From assembly GCA_964482135.1 (NCBI GenBank), contig CAYZWF010000002.1, positions 6,639 to 70,638 of the forward strand: 64,000 nucleotides of DNA, in the 5' to 3' direction. The translations under genes were made by a program, and so were the position numbers. The notes below the pieces were generated by a model that saw nothing but the letters and a program-made list of their open reading frames with translations, was not told the origin of the DNA and searched no databases. The stretch's first letter is position 1, and each line of letters begins with the position of its first letter. Source of the stretch: an uncultured Rhodospirillaceae bacterium (GTDB taxonomy: Bacteria > Pseudomonadota > Alphaproteobacteria > UBA11136). Shown in pieces: positions 49,696-59,001 of this stretch.

Positions 49696-50021
49696 ATGGC
49701 GGTTCCTTCAGGCTGTTAATTTTATGAGCAAGTGGTGATCGGCCGCGGATTGCGGAAATCTTTAATTCCGGACGGTGCTGGCCGGGTGTTGGGGTGAATG
49801 TTCCTGAGTGGGGGGCTCAGAGCGTTACGTTTAATTTCCCTGAAAGCGTCCTCGATTGATGCTGTCAAACGTTATAACCATTATGGCCGGCAAAGCCATT
49901 AATATCGGGTTAACCATAACCGGGTTTGTCGGGCCCGGCTTTTGGAACGGTTGCATTAAGATATATAAAAACCATTAAAAACATATTGATGTACATAAAA
50001 CTTAATATTTTAGATAACTCT

Positions 50022-50049
50022 CTTGATTGGCCGAAAATTTGCCTTACAT
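50022..50049 (+). promoter_or_regulatory. Candidate sigma32 (RpoH)-type heat-shock promoter upstream of hsp20
   Basis: CTTGAT at 50022-50027, a 14-nt spacer, then CCTTACAT at 50042-50049. Sits about 100 nt upstream of the Hsp20 ATG. Confidence 0.35.
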
Positions 50050-50054
50050 GGTGA

Positions 50055-50148
50055 GTGACGGAGGCCGCAAATTGGCTCCGTCACCGTGACGGGCCTGATC
50101 ATTTGATAGGCCTGAAATGACGACATCGCTCATCAAGGAGGATGAATT
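50055..50148 (+). other. Structured 5' leader of hsp20 (three hairpins, Shine-Dalgarno in the last one); candidate RNA thermometer
   Basis: Hairpin 1 GTGACGGAG/CTCCGTCAC (50055-50084). Hairpin 2 GGCCT/AGGCC (50092-50112). Hairpin 3 TCATC-AAGGAG-GATGA (50130-50145) holds the Shine-Dalgarno sequence. Confidence 0.3.
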
Positions 50149-50631
50149 ATGAGTCTTATTGATTTTTCACCCCTGTTCCGTTCCACCGTCGGTTTCGACC
50201 ATTTGGCCCGGCTCGCCGAAGAGGCTTTGGATGCCGGTAACGGAGCGTCTTACCCCCCCTATAATATCGAGCGCCAGGGCGACCATGCCTATCGCATCAC
50301 CCTGGCCGTGGCCGGTTTCGGCGAGGAGGAGTTGAACGTGGAGGCCCGCGAAAACGCCCTTGTGGTCTCCGGCGAGAAAGCAGGAGGGGGTGAAGAGGCC
50401 GCCTATCTCTTCAAGGGAATCGCGGGACGCAACTTCAAGCGTGTCTTCCGCCTTGCCGACCATGTGAGGGTTGACGGCGCCAATCTTGTAAACGGCATGT
50501 TGACTATCGATCTCGTGCACGAGATTCCCGAGGAGAGAAAGCCCCGGCGCATAGCTATCGGGTCGCAAGCCGAAGGGTTGGTCTCGAAGACGAAAAAGCT
50601 CTTTGAGACTACCGGCGAAAAAGCAGCTTAA
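50149..50631 (+). CDS. Small heat-shock protein, Hsp20/alpha-crystallin family
   Basis: Alpha-crystallin domain (YRITLAVAGF ... GMLTIDL). 160 aa. Confidence 0.85.
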   Translation: MSLIDFSPLFRSTVGFDHLARLAEEALDAGNGASYPPYNIERQGDHAYRITLAVAGFGEEELNVEARENALVVSGEKAGGGEEAAYLFKGIAGRNFKRVFRLADHVRVDGANLVNGMLTIDLVHEIPEERKPRRIAIGSQAEGLVSKTKKLFETTGEKAA

Positions 50632-50653
50632 CTTCCCAATCCAATTACAATTT

Positions 50654-50693
50654 GGCGGGCGCCGTTCCTTATGAGTGGCGCCCGTCTTTTTTT
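50654..50693 (+). terminator. Rho-independent terminator after hsp20
   Basis: GGCGGGCGCC ... GGCGCCCG stem (50654-50663 and 50677-50684) followed by a T7 run. Confidence 0.6.
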
Positions 50694-50720
50694 GTCCACG
50701 AGAATCTTTTTGCGGTTCTT

Positions 50721-50782
50721 TTTTATTGCCGGTGACCCGGCCTATAATTGGTTTTATTGCCAGTGACCCGGCCTATAATTGG
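50721..50782. repeat. Tandem 31-bp direct repeat x2 (one mismatch), each copy carrying a TATAAT-like box
   Basis: TTTTATTGCC(G/A)GTGACCCGGCCTATAATTGG twice, head to tail, read directly from the sequence. Immediately upstream of the small ORF at 50815. Confidence 0.6.
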
Positions 50783-50814
50783 GCAGTGATAGTTATTTTA
50801 GGAGGTCCGCCGCC

Positions 50815-51051
50815 ATGTCTGACGAAACCGCTTCACCGGAACAGATGAAACAGGCCATCAATATGAATATGGAAGCTTTCAAGAACTTGCTTCCGGGCCT
50901 TCTCGAGACCGACAAGGGCCGCTTCGCCCTTATCCGCAACGGCGCGCTGGTCCAGACCTTCGAGACCATGGCCGGGGGCGCCCAATACGCCAGCAAGGCC
51001 TATCCCGACGGGCTCTATCTCAATCTGAAGGTGGCGGAAGGCAGCGTCTAA
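50815..51051 (+). CDS. Small hypothetical protein (78 aa)
   Basis: ORF; start taken at MSDETASPEQ. No recognisable motifs. Confidence 0.4.
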   Translation: MSDETASPEQMKQAINMNMEAFKNLLPGLLETDKGRFALIRNGALVQTFETMAGGAQYASKAYPDGLYLNLKVAEGSV

Positions 51052-51146
51052 GCCCCCCAGCCAAGGAAGGTCTGTTCTGCTGTGGCGTTCGCCGACGGTA
51101 TGTTCCGCGGATAGATTTTCAGTCCTTTCCTGTCTCCACGATGCGT

Positions 51147-52460
51147 CTAATACAGGGATGCTTTCTGTTTCTTCAGCTCCGCCATGTGGTTCTGCATGGG
51201 CAGTGATTCCTGGAATGCCCACATGACCTTTTTCACGAATTCCTCGAAGCGCGCCCTGAGGGTTTCATCATCATCCAGATTCAGGCATTCATGGGTGTTC
51301 CAGTACACCCCTTCGATGAGCTTGCCGCTGCGGGAATCGTGAAACTCTGCATGCATGGCGATTCTTACCCCATCGGGTTCGCAGCATTTGAAGATCAGCT
51401 CTCCGTCGATGACGATATCGGGAATGCTCCAGCGGCCCATGCGTACCGTGGTGCGCTCGTCATAGGCGCCGCTCATCTGCTCTTTCATGACCCCAAGCAG
51501 CTGACGGACGCCGCCCGGGTCGCTGCCGGTGATGCCGCCGTAACGGCTTCTCTTTCCCTCATCGGCGAGCTTGCTGTTGACCATGTTCATATAGGCGAGC
51601 ATCTGGTGAAGGATTTCGCCTTTGACGGTTTCCCCCTTGGGGCGGCATTTCAGAAGTTTACAGTCGCAGTAGATGGCGTAAGGCCTGGTCTTGAAGGGCA
51701 GGATGGTGACGTGAATTTTCTTTGACGGCTGGGTGAGGGCTTCGGGAAGCAGGACTTTCCGGTATCCGTGTCCTTCCAGGGGGGCGCCATCGGCCGTGCG
51801 CCAGTCTATATCGTCGCTTTCTTCTTCCAGCGTAATCGTTTCACAGCAGTCGGTTTCGGTTGTCTCAAAGGTCTCGGTGGTCTCGTCTTCAGGCTCGTCT
51901 CCGCCGAAGCTTTCTTCTCCGCCGCCCGGTGTTTGCGGCGGCTGCGGGAGAATCAGGTTCTTTTTCTTCTTCTCATCTTCCTCAATGACCACGAGATGAC
52001 CGCCGAGATTCCTGATCTGGTCGCCGAGCTTGCCGAAGTCGGGGTCGCGCTCGGCGGGTTCGGAGATGACCTCTTCATAGCCCATATGTTCCTTGGCCCG
52101 TTCCTTCGAGTACTGCATCTCCTCGCGGGCCTTGCGGCCGTAATCCTCGGGGACGGGCTTGTAATCGCCCTGTTCGGGGGGTGTGGAGGTATCGCCAGAG
52201 GAAGAAGGCTGGTCGGTAAACCCTTCGGGAACGGTCTCCCCCGGCGCCACCGGGGCCGGCTCTTCGATGATTTCAGTCTCGTCCCAGCTGCATTCGTCCA
52301 TCTCGCTGCCATCGTCATAGACCCATCTTTCACAGGGATTGCCGTCGGCATCGGTATAGGTGGTGTGGCTCAGCAGGTTGGCGGCCGCGAGGGGGCGAGG
52401 GGAGAGCCCCAGTACGCAAAGAACAGTGATAAATAAAATGCAGCGACTGAAAAGGACCAT
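51147..52460 (-). CDS. Secreted acidic Cys-containing hypothetical protein
   Basis: Clear signal peptide. Asp/Glu-rich with a KKKK stretch. Locally lower GC. Confidence 0.5.
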   Translation of the reverse strand: MVLFSRCILFITVLCVLGLSPRPLAAANLLSHTTYTDADGNPCERWVYDDGSEMDECSWDETEIIEEPAPVAPGETVPEGFTDQPSSSGDTSTPPEQGDYKPVPEDYGRKAREEMQYSKERAKEHMGYEEVISEPAERDPDFGKLGDQIRNLGGHLVVIEEDEKKKKNLILPQPPQTPGGGEESFGGDEPEDETTETFETTETDCCETITLEEESDDIDWRTADGAPLEGHGYRKVLLPEALTQPSKKIHVTILPFKTRPYAIYCDCKLLKCRPKGETVKGEILHQMLAYMNMVNSKLADEGKRSRYGGITGSDPGGVRQLLGVMKEQMSGAYDERTTVRMGRWSIPDIVIDGELIFKCCEPDGVRIAMHAEFHDSRSGKLIEGVYWNTHECLNLDDDETLRARFEEFVKKVMWAFQESLPMQNHMAELKKQKASLY

Positions 52461-52692
52461 GTATTGACCTTTCTTCCGTTGGGGTTTCCACGGTGAAAGT
52501 CACGGCGCCCAAGTGGATTATCAGGCGAATTATCGGTCAAATTGTCGGGTCGGAAAATCCTTGCATATCAGAGTGGCGAATTCAATGTAGGTGCCGGTTT
52601 TTGGGGCCCCGCATGGACAAAACGCTGTATGCAGACATAGAATGACCCGCTGAATAAAAAAGGCTCATCCACCGACCTGTTGGGGGCCTGTT

Positions 52693-53681
52693 ATGACTTC
52701 TGTTATTTCAAAGAAACATGCGTGGGCCGCCGTGGGAGTTCTGCTTCTGCCGATGGGGCCGGCTGATCTTTTTGCCGCCGAGAAAATCAAGCTGAACCCG
52801 GGTGGGTATATGGAACAGGGCCCAGGCTGGGCAGACGAGGCTGACTCCGATTATGTTCCAGACTTACAGTCCGACACCGAGGTTTTCTTTAGTGGCAAGT
52901 CGAAGTTGGACAGGGGCTTGGTGGTGGTGCCCAGAGGCGGGGAGGTCGAGGTTCCCATGGACGGCAAGACGCCCATGAAATGGGATGGCGAAAACTGGAC
53001 CCCCATTCCCTCTTCCGGTCCGGGCAAGCTTGGAAAAAGACCCAAGGTGGGCGGCATAGTTGATCGAAGCCTCCCGATTGGAGATGACGGAAAAGATGAT
53101 TACATCATGGAGCCTGATAATAGGTCACAGGGCGACCGCCGGAGGCTCGATTCTGGCGATGATCCCGATGCTGGTTCCGGCGGCGATGAGAGTGATCCTT
53201 ATGGCGGCGAATTCGATGACCCCGGACATTCGGCTATGATGGAGGGGAGACGCCAGAGGGTGGCTCGGGACTGGCCGAGGCGCTGGGCCGTATGTCGGAG
53301 CGCTATGGGGAGGCCAACAAGCGCCAGCGGGAGCTGGTCGAGCCCATCCCCGGCGAGGGAGAGGACGTCATGGACCGGGCACGCCGCCATTCAGAGGAGC
53401 GCCAGAAACAGGCCCTTCAGACGGCGCCGAAAGACGAGCCGAAACGTCCTCATGATCGGGGAGGGCAGCAACATCAGGAAGGCGGAGGAGGGGGAACGGC
53501 TCCCGCGGACCCAACGGACCCAGCGACGACGACGACCACCACCACGAGTTCGGGTGACCAGCCCTATATGCCTCCGCCTGAGGTGGAATATATTTACGAG
53601 GAATACAACGTCTACGAGGAATATACCGAGCCCGTGTCCGGCATAAATTACTTGGGCGGGGAGAGCTACGGTCTTGAGTGA
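52693..53681 (+). pseudogene. Secreted acidic Gly/Asp-rich protein, apparently frameshifted near 53225-53250
   Basis: Signal peptide then acidic sequence in frame 1 up to ...GGEFDDPGHS. Beyond that, frame 1 becomes Arg-rich nonsense. Frame 0 continues with the same acidic composition (GYDGGETPEGGSG ... EEYNVYEEYTE) to a stop at 53681. Confidence 0.45.
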
Positions 53682-53744
53682 ATAAAGCCCGCGCCGCGCC
53701 ATCACAACGCCGTGGATTATGCAGGTGGCCTATAAGGGGCCGGA

Positions 53745-54542
53745 TTATTTGGGCAGGAAGATGAAGTTCTTCACGTAAGGCCCGGTGCCGCCTTCGCGCG
53801 GTTTAATCTGGTGATCCTCCACGGAAAAGCGGCTGAGACTCCTCAACACCCCGTTTTCCAGGAAAAACCCCCGGTAATCGAAACTCTCCAGCAGGGAGAA
53901 CACATCCCCTGCCGCATCGCCCACATGGGCGAACTCGTTCTCGATGAAGAGATTGGGACGGTCGCGCCTGAGGGTTTCCGTGGCCCCGGAGAGCACGCCT
54001 TTTTCGTGGCCTTCCACGTCAATTTTGATAAAGCCGATGTCCTCCAGGCCAAGGTCGTCAATGCGGCTGCCCGGCACCTTGACCACCCCGGTGGCCATCC
54101 CGGAACCATCATCGCGCTCACGGTCGAGTCCGGCGCCGTTGCTGGACCATCCCTTGCGGCCCTTGGGCACCACCAGTTCCACCTCTTGCGTGTGGTCGGT
54201 GAGTGCCATCTGGTAGAGGGTGACGTTCCTGTCGGCCACGTGTTGCAGGATGCGAAAGGGGATGGGGTTGGGCTCGAAGGCGTGCACATGGGGGCAGTAG
54301 CGGGAAAGGAAATAGGTGAACAGGCCGAGATTGGCGCCCACGTCGAGGCTGATACGCGCGGGATCGACGATAAATTTGAGAATTCCCATCTCGGGGTCGA
54401 TCCGCGTCATGTATTTGTGGGAGCGATAACGGTAATAGCCGCGGAAGGGAACGTAGCGGAATTTGAAGTCGAGGCGGATGTCGTTGATGACATCACGCAG
54501 GGTTTCCCGGGGAAGCTGGTTGGGAGAAAGGGTCATGGCCAT
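53745..54542 (-). CDS. FkbM-family SAM-dependent methyltransferase
   Basis: FkbM hallmarks (LDVGANLGLFT, IKIDVEGHE). Confidence 0.75.
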   Translation of the reverse strand: MAMTLSPNQLPRETLRDVINDIRLDFKFRYVPFRGYYRYRSHKYMTRIDPEMGILKFIVDPARISLDVGANLGLFTYFLSRYCPHVHAFEPNPIPFRILQHVADRNVTLYQMALTDHTQEVELVVPKGRKGWSSNGAGLDRERDDGSGMATGVVKVPGSRIDDLGLEDIGFIKIDVEGHEKGVLSGATETLRRDRPNLFIENEFAHVGDAAGDVFSLLESFDYRGFFLENGVLRSLSRFSVEDHQIKPREGGTGPYVKNFIFLPK

Positions 54543-54690
54543 ATGGTTGTGTGTGTTGGTTGGGGCGTTAAAGGGCGGAGGCGTTTATCCGGGGGTTTAA
54601 GAAGAGGTGTCTCAGAGGATACCATTGTGGAAGATACTATCATCGCCGAGGTCGTAACGGCCAGCCATACCAGGAGACACAGCCCAAACC

Positions 54691-55515
54691 ATGTCGCAAG
54701 AACGGCTCCCGCCCCAGCTCTCTGAAACCGTGACTCCACGCTCGCCGCTGTTGAGGGCGCTGGCGGCCCAGCTTATTTCCGCGGTTCTGGTACTGGCTAT
54801 TACCTGGTCGCTGGAGGCGGGCGGCGCGGTGGTGAGTATCCATACGCCTCTGACGGTGAAGCTCATTGCCCAGGGGGTTCTCGCCGCCCTGATCGGACGC
54901 CGTTTCGGCCTCTCCCCGTGGTGGTTTCCCCTGCACATGGTATTTCCCTGGGCGGTGGCGGCGACCCTTTATCTTCCCGTTCCCTCATGGGTCTATCTCG
55001 GTATTTTTCTGGTTCTTCTGATGGTTTTCTGGAACAGCGCCGTGGGGCGGGTACCCCTCTATCTCAGCAACCGTAAAACCTGGGCGGCGCTGGCCGACTT
55101 GCTTCCGGAAAAACAGGATCTGGCCTTAGCCGATCTCGGCAGCGGGCTGGGCGGAACGCTTCTGTTTCTCGCGCGCCGCCGCCCCCAGGGACGTTTTCAC
55201 GGTATTGAATCGGCACCCCTGCCATATCTTTTATCGCGCCTGCGGTTGCTGGCCTCGCGGAGTGTTGGCTCCGGCTCCGGTAATGTGAAGCTGATCTATG
55301 GCGATTTCTGGGACCACGACCTTTCCGATTATGATGTGGTGTATAGTTTTCTCTCACCGGCCCCCATGCGCGGGCTTTATGAAAAGGCCCGCGACGAAAT
55401 GCGGCCGGGAAGCCTGTTTATCAGCAATTCTTTCGCCGTTCCCCAGATCGACCCCGATCAGGTGGTTAAGGTGAACGACCGCCGTGACACCCGGCTTTAT
55501 ATCTGGCGCATGTGA
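54691..55515 (+). CDS. Membrane-anchored class I SAM-dependent methyltransferase
   Basis: N-terminal TM helices. Motif I DLGSGLGG. Confidence 0.6.
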   Translation: MSQERLPPQLSETVTPRSPLLRALAAQLISAVLVLAITWSLEAGGAVVSIHTPLTVKLIAQGVLAALIGRRFGLSPWWFPLHMVFPWAVAATLYLPVPSWVYLGIFLVLLMVFWNSAVGRVPLYLSNRKTWAALADLLPEKQDLALADLGSGLGGTLLFLARRRPQGRFHGIESAPLPYLLSRLRLLASRSVGSGSGNVKLIYGDFWDHDLSDYDVVYSFLSPAPMRGLYEKARDEMRPGSLFISNSFAVPQIDPDQVVKVNDRRDTRLYIWRM

Positions 55516-55733
55516 GGTATCAGCTTCGCGGTGAGGCCTTACAGTGGGTTCGTGGCGGCTTCGCCGTAATGATGGCGGCAGGGCAATAGATACAATTTTA
55601 TACAAACTGACGGAGAACCCTTTGGGATTGCTGAGTTTTTATTGAATTGAGATGGATTTTAGTGTAGGATGCCCTTTAAATAATTCTCACTCCCCCTCCA
55701 GGTAGGACGGCGGACACGTTGGAGGGTGAGGAA

Positions 55734-56669
55734 ATGGTTGATTTAAACCCCAATATAGTAACCAGAACTCCCGGTGCCTCTTCCACTACCGGTGAGTCGC
55801 TTCGGGGCAAGGAAAAGCTCAGCCCTATCCTTGAGGGCCGGAGAGAAGATGACCAGCGCCTTGGGGTCACATCCGGGGGCTTGGGCGAGGAAATCTTCGA
55901 TGTTGCCCAGACCAGCCGCCAGGAAGAGGTGGGCCGGGAACGCCGGGACAGCTTCAACCGTAATGAAGATTTCCAGCATTCCGAGCGCAATGTCCATGAT
56001 CAGGTTCTTCTCAGCCGTGAGGCCCAGGATTTTCTCAATCAGGATCACAAGGACGAGAACTCCCTGAGCCTGGCTGAGGATCTGGCGGCCCGCCGCGCCA
56101 ATGCCGGCGAAGCCCGGACCGAGGCCCGCAGCGAGGAATTCGTTGCCGATGTTTCCGCCAGGCGGGAAACCATTGAGAACGAAGTGGACCTCATCAGGGA
56201 CTCCACCGACACGGAGCAGGAAGAGCTTCAAGATGAAATTGCCGCCGTGTTCGGCGGTGGTATCGTCAAGGGACAGGAATCCGATGATGTCGAGGCGGGG
56301 CTGCGGGAGGCGCGTAGTGAACGGTCGGGCGGCCGTGAGGAACAATTCATAGACGATAAGGCCGACAGCAAGGCCGTGGAACATAGCCAGGTGGAGCGGG
56401 ATCAGTCCGTTAACGTGGCCCAGCGCAATGTCCAGGATGAAATCAACTCCCGTGACGCCCAATCGGTGAGGGACAATACTCCGGCCCCTACCAGTCCTTC
56501 TAATGCTTCCAGTGACGCCGGCAGGCCCGAGGTGGCCAATGACCCCACGACGACTCCCCCTGCCGCGCCACCGCCGGGGGGCGATCCGAGTGCGCCTCCC
56601 ACCGCTAGCGACAGCAGCGAACGGAGCGAACAGGCCTCAGGCGTTCCCACTCTGGACATCGTGGCCTGA
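55734..56669 (+). CDS. Acidic low-complexity hypothetical protein
   Basis: Start at MVDLNPN with GGAGGG ribosome-binding site. Glu/Asp/Arg/Ser-rich, C-terminal Pro/Thr-rich tail, no signal peptide. Confidence 0.5.
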   Translation: MVDLNPNIVTRTPGASSTTGESLRGKEKLSPILEGRREDDQRLGVTSGGLGEEIFDVAQTSRQEEVGRERRDSFNRNEDFQHSERNVHDQVLLSREAQDFLNQDHKDENSLSLAEDLAARRANAGEARTEARSEEFVADVSARRETIENEVDLIRDSTDTEQEELQDEIAAVFGGGIVKGQESDDVEAGLREARSERSGGREEQFIDDKADSKAVEHSQVERDQSVNVAQRNVQDEINSRDAQSVRDNTPAPTSPSNASSDAGRPEVANDPTTTPPAAPPPGGDPSAPPTASDSSERSEQASGVPTLDIVA

Positions 56670-56699
56670 TGGCTTGAGCGTTTTCTCCGATCATTCCTT

Positions 56700-56735
56700 A
56701 AAACCGCCCGCTGTTGCAGCCGGGCGGTTTTTTTA
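56700..56735. terminator. Bidirectional rho-independent terminator (A-run / GC stem / T-run)
   Basis: AAAACCGCCCG ... CGGGCGGTTTTTTT (stem 56704-56710 and 56721-56727). Confidence 0.55.
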
Positions 56736-56812
56736 TGGGCCATTGCCGTGTGGGATTCTGTGGGGGGGGGATTGCGGGAGGATTCCGCGGGCGCCGTTTC
56801 CCGGTTCCGGAT

Positions 56813-56850
56813 ATGCCCCCTAGTTTTGGTAATGCCCCCTAGTTTTGGTA
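56813..56850. repeat. 19-bp perfect tandem duplication (ATGCCCCCTAGTTTTGGTA x2) spanning the slt stop codon; G9 homopolymer just upstream at 56762-56770
   Basis: Read directly from the sequence. The second copy contains the TAG stop of slt, reverse strand 56839-56841. Confidence 0.6.
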
Positions 56851-59001
56851 ATGAAGGTCGTTTTTCAGCGACCAGGCCATCTGGGGGCTGTTGAGGCGCA
56901 TGCGATAGACCTGGAGATTGCCGAGCACGCGCTGGATATAGGTGCGGGTTTCGTAAAAGGGGATGCTTTCAATCCAGTCCAGGGCATCCACTTGCGGCGT
57001 GCGCGGGTCACCATTGTTGCGCAGCCACCGTTTTACCCGGTTGGGTCCGGCGTTATAGGCGGCCAGAGCGAGAACGTAAGAATCACCGTACTGGTTCAGG
57101 AGGCCGGATATATAAGCCCGCCCCAGCATCATGTTGTATCCCGGGTCCGTCATGAGGCGGGTTTTGGAATAGGGCACGTTGAGCCGCCGCGCCACGTTTC
57201 TCGCCGTGGCCGGCATGATCTGCATCAGTCCGCGCGCCCCGGCATGGCTTTGGGCGAAGCTGTCGAAGCTGCTTTCCTGGCGCATCAGGGCCAGCAGCAA
57301 CGGCGTTTCGGGATGCTCCTTGTCGAACTGGGCGGGGATGGGATAGCCCCGGGACACAAGATTGACGCCGCTGCGGGTGGCTTCGTGGGCGATCTTGACG
57401 CCCACATCGGGGCGGCCGTTGTCATGGGCGAGATCGGCCACGAGGGCGCGCTGCCCCGGCGTCGATACGAGATCGTTGAGATGTATGGCGAAGGGCTTGA
57501 TCTGTTTGTATTCACCGATTTCCCCCAACAGCCGCACCAGGCGCACCAGATCGCGCGTGTTGAACCGGGCCTTTTCCTCGGCCGTGGGCAGGGGGTCGGG
57601 GGGAAGGGACGGCGTGGTTTCTCCCCCGGTCTGGGTGGCGGCGAGTTGGCCGTGAAAGGTGGTAAGAAATTCCGCCGCCTTGGCGTACCAGCCCTGGGCC
57701 AATTCGTTGCGGCCCAGGCTTTGCGCCGCCCGCGCCGCCCAGTAGGCCGCCCGTGAGCGGCTGATGGGATAGCGCACATTGCCGTAAAGCCGGGTGAAGT
57801 GATTGAGGGCGGCCTCGCCGTTGTGAAGAAAGCGCAGGGCGATCCATCCTGAAAGCCATTCCGCCTCGGCGAAGCTGGCGCCTTGGACCTGTTTGTGGGA
57901 ACTGGCGAGTTGGTAGGCCACCGAGATATCCCCCTTGACCAGCGCCTGCCGGGTGACCGCCGCGCGTTCCTTCCACCACAGTTCGGGACGCACCAGATCG
58001 AGGGGCGGGGAGCTGAGAATCTCCCTGGCGTCATCGCGGTCGCGGCGCCGCCGCCAGCGCAGACGCTCGTACTGGAATCCGGGATCGCCGAGCAGATAGG
58101 GCGGCACATGGCGGATGGCCCAGTCGACGCCGCCATGGTTCAATCGCAGCCGCAGTCGGGCCTCGGCAAGGGCCTGGCGGTCCTTGTCCACGCGGCGCAT
58201 GGTGCGGCGCGCCACCTTGAGCCTGCCTTCCCATAACAGGCGGTCGAGGCGCGCCCAGTTATCCTCGCGGGTCCAGCGTTTGTGATGGCGGGCGATGAAG
58301 GTGCGTTCCTGGCGATAGCCGAAATTGCCCGTAATCCAGGCGCGGCGGATGATGGCGGTGCCTTCCGTCTCCCGGCCTTGGCGCAAAAGGGCCTCGCCGT
58401 AACGGATCAGCCCCTTGGTGGTAAGCGGCGGATGGGCGGCAAACCAGGACAGCACCAGCGTATCGGAGGTGGCGTCGGTCATGGCCTCCTCGGCCAGGGT
58501 GGTGAGGGTGCGCAGCAGCGGCCATCCGGGATGGCTGGCGATGAAGGCGGCGATTTCCTCGAAGCCGTGTTTGCCCTCGCGCCGCAGATCGAGCCATTGC
58601 ACCAGGGAGACCAGCAACCGATCGCCCGAGGCGGACGCCTTGCGGTGCGTGGCTTTCCAGCGCTCGGCCTTGATATCCTTGAAGATGGCCTGCGCGGTTC
58701 TGAGTGTTTCGGGGCTGATGTGCCGGGGGTTGGAAGGTTGGGAACTGGAGGTTTCGGGACCGGCGGGCTTGGGGGCCGGTAACGGCGCGGCATTTGCCGT
58801 AGATGAGTCGGCTGACAAGCCGTTCTGGGCCAATGCCGGTTCTCCGGTGGCGGAGCCACCATTCTGCGCTGTCGCGGCACCGGCTGCGGCTGGAACAGCC
58901 GGGGCTGGAACAACCGCGGTTGGAACAAGGGAACCCGCGGCAATCACAAGAAAGGCCGCCGCCGCGCCGATCAGGTTTTTTCCCCCCACGATCTTCCCCA
59001 C
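56839..59001 (-). CDS. slt: Soluble lytic murein transglycosylase (Slt70 family)
   Basis: Signal peptide, superhelical N-terminal domain, catalytic motif ESSFDSFAQSHAGARGLMQIMPATA. Confidence 0.85.
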   Translation of the reverse strand: MGKIVGGKNLIGAAAAFLVIAAGSLVPTAVVPAPAVPAAAGAATAQNGGSATGEPALAQNGLSADSSTANAAPLPAPKPAGPETSSSQPSNPRHISPETLRTAQAIFKDIKAERWKATHRKASASGDRLLVSLVQWLDLRREGKHGFEEIAAFIASHPGWPLLRTLTTLAEEAMTDATSDTLVLSWFAAHPPLTTKGLIRYGEALLRQGRETEGTAIIRRAWITGNFGYRQERTFIARHHKRWTREDNWARLDRLLWEGRLKVARRTMRRVDKDRQALAEARLRLRLNHGGVDWAIRHVPPYLLGDPGFQYERLRWRRRRDRDDAREILSSPPLDLVRPELWWKERAAVTRQALVKGDISVAYQLASSHKQVQGASFAEAEWLSGWIALRFLHNGEAALNHFTRLYGNVRYPISRSRAAYWAARAAQSLGRNELAQGWYAKAAEFLTTFHGQLAATQTGGETTPSLPPDPLPTAEEKARFNTRDLVRLVRLLGEIGEYKQIKPFAIHLNDLVSTPGQRALVADLAHDNGRPDVGVKIAHEATRSGVNLVSRGYPIPAQFDKEHPETPLLLALMRQESSFDSFAQSHAGARGLMQIMPATARNVARRLNVPYSKTRLMTDPGYNMMLGRAYISGLLNQYGDSYVLALAAYNAGPNRVKRWLRNNGDPRTPQVDALDWIESIPFYETRTYIQRVLGNLQVYRMRLNSPQMAWSLKNDLHYQN

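Noticed and set aside
53292-53681. Treating the 129-aa ORF as an independent gene
   Set aside because: Its reading frame stays open and compositionally continuous for 72 nt upstream of its ATG (open from 53220, just after a TGA at 53217-53219), matching the upstream gene's acidic style. The upstream gene's own frame turns to nonsense at the same point. A frameshifted single gene is more parsimonious, though not certain.
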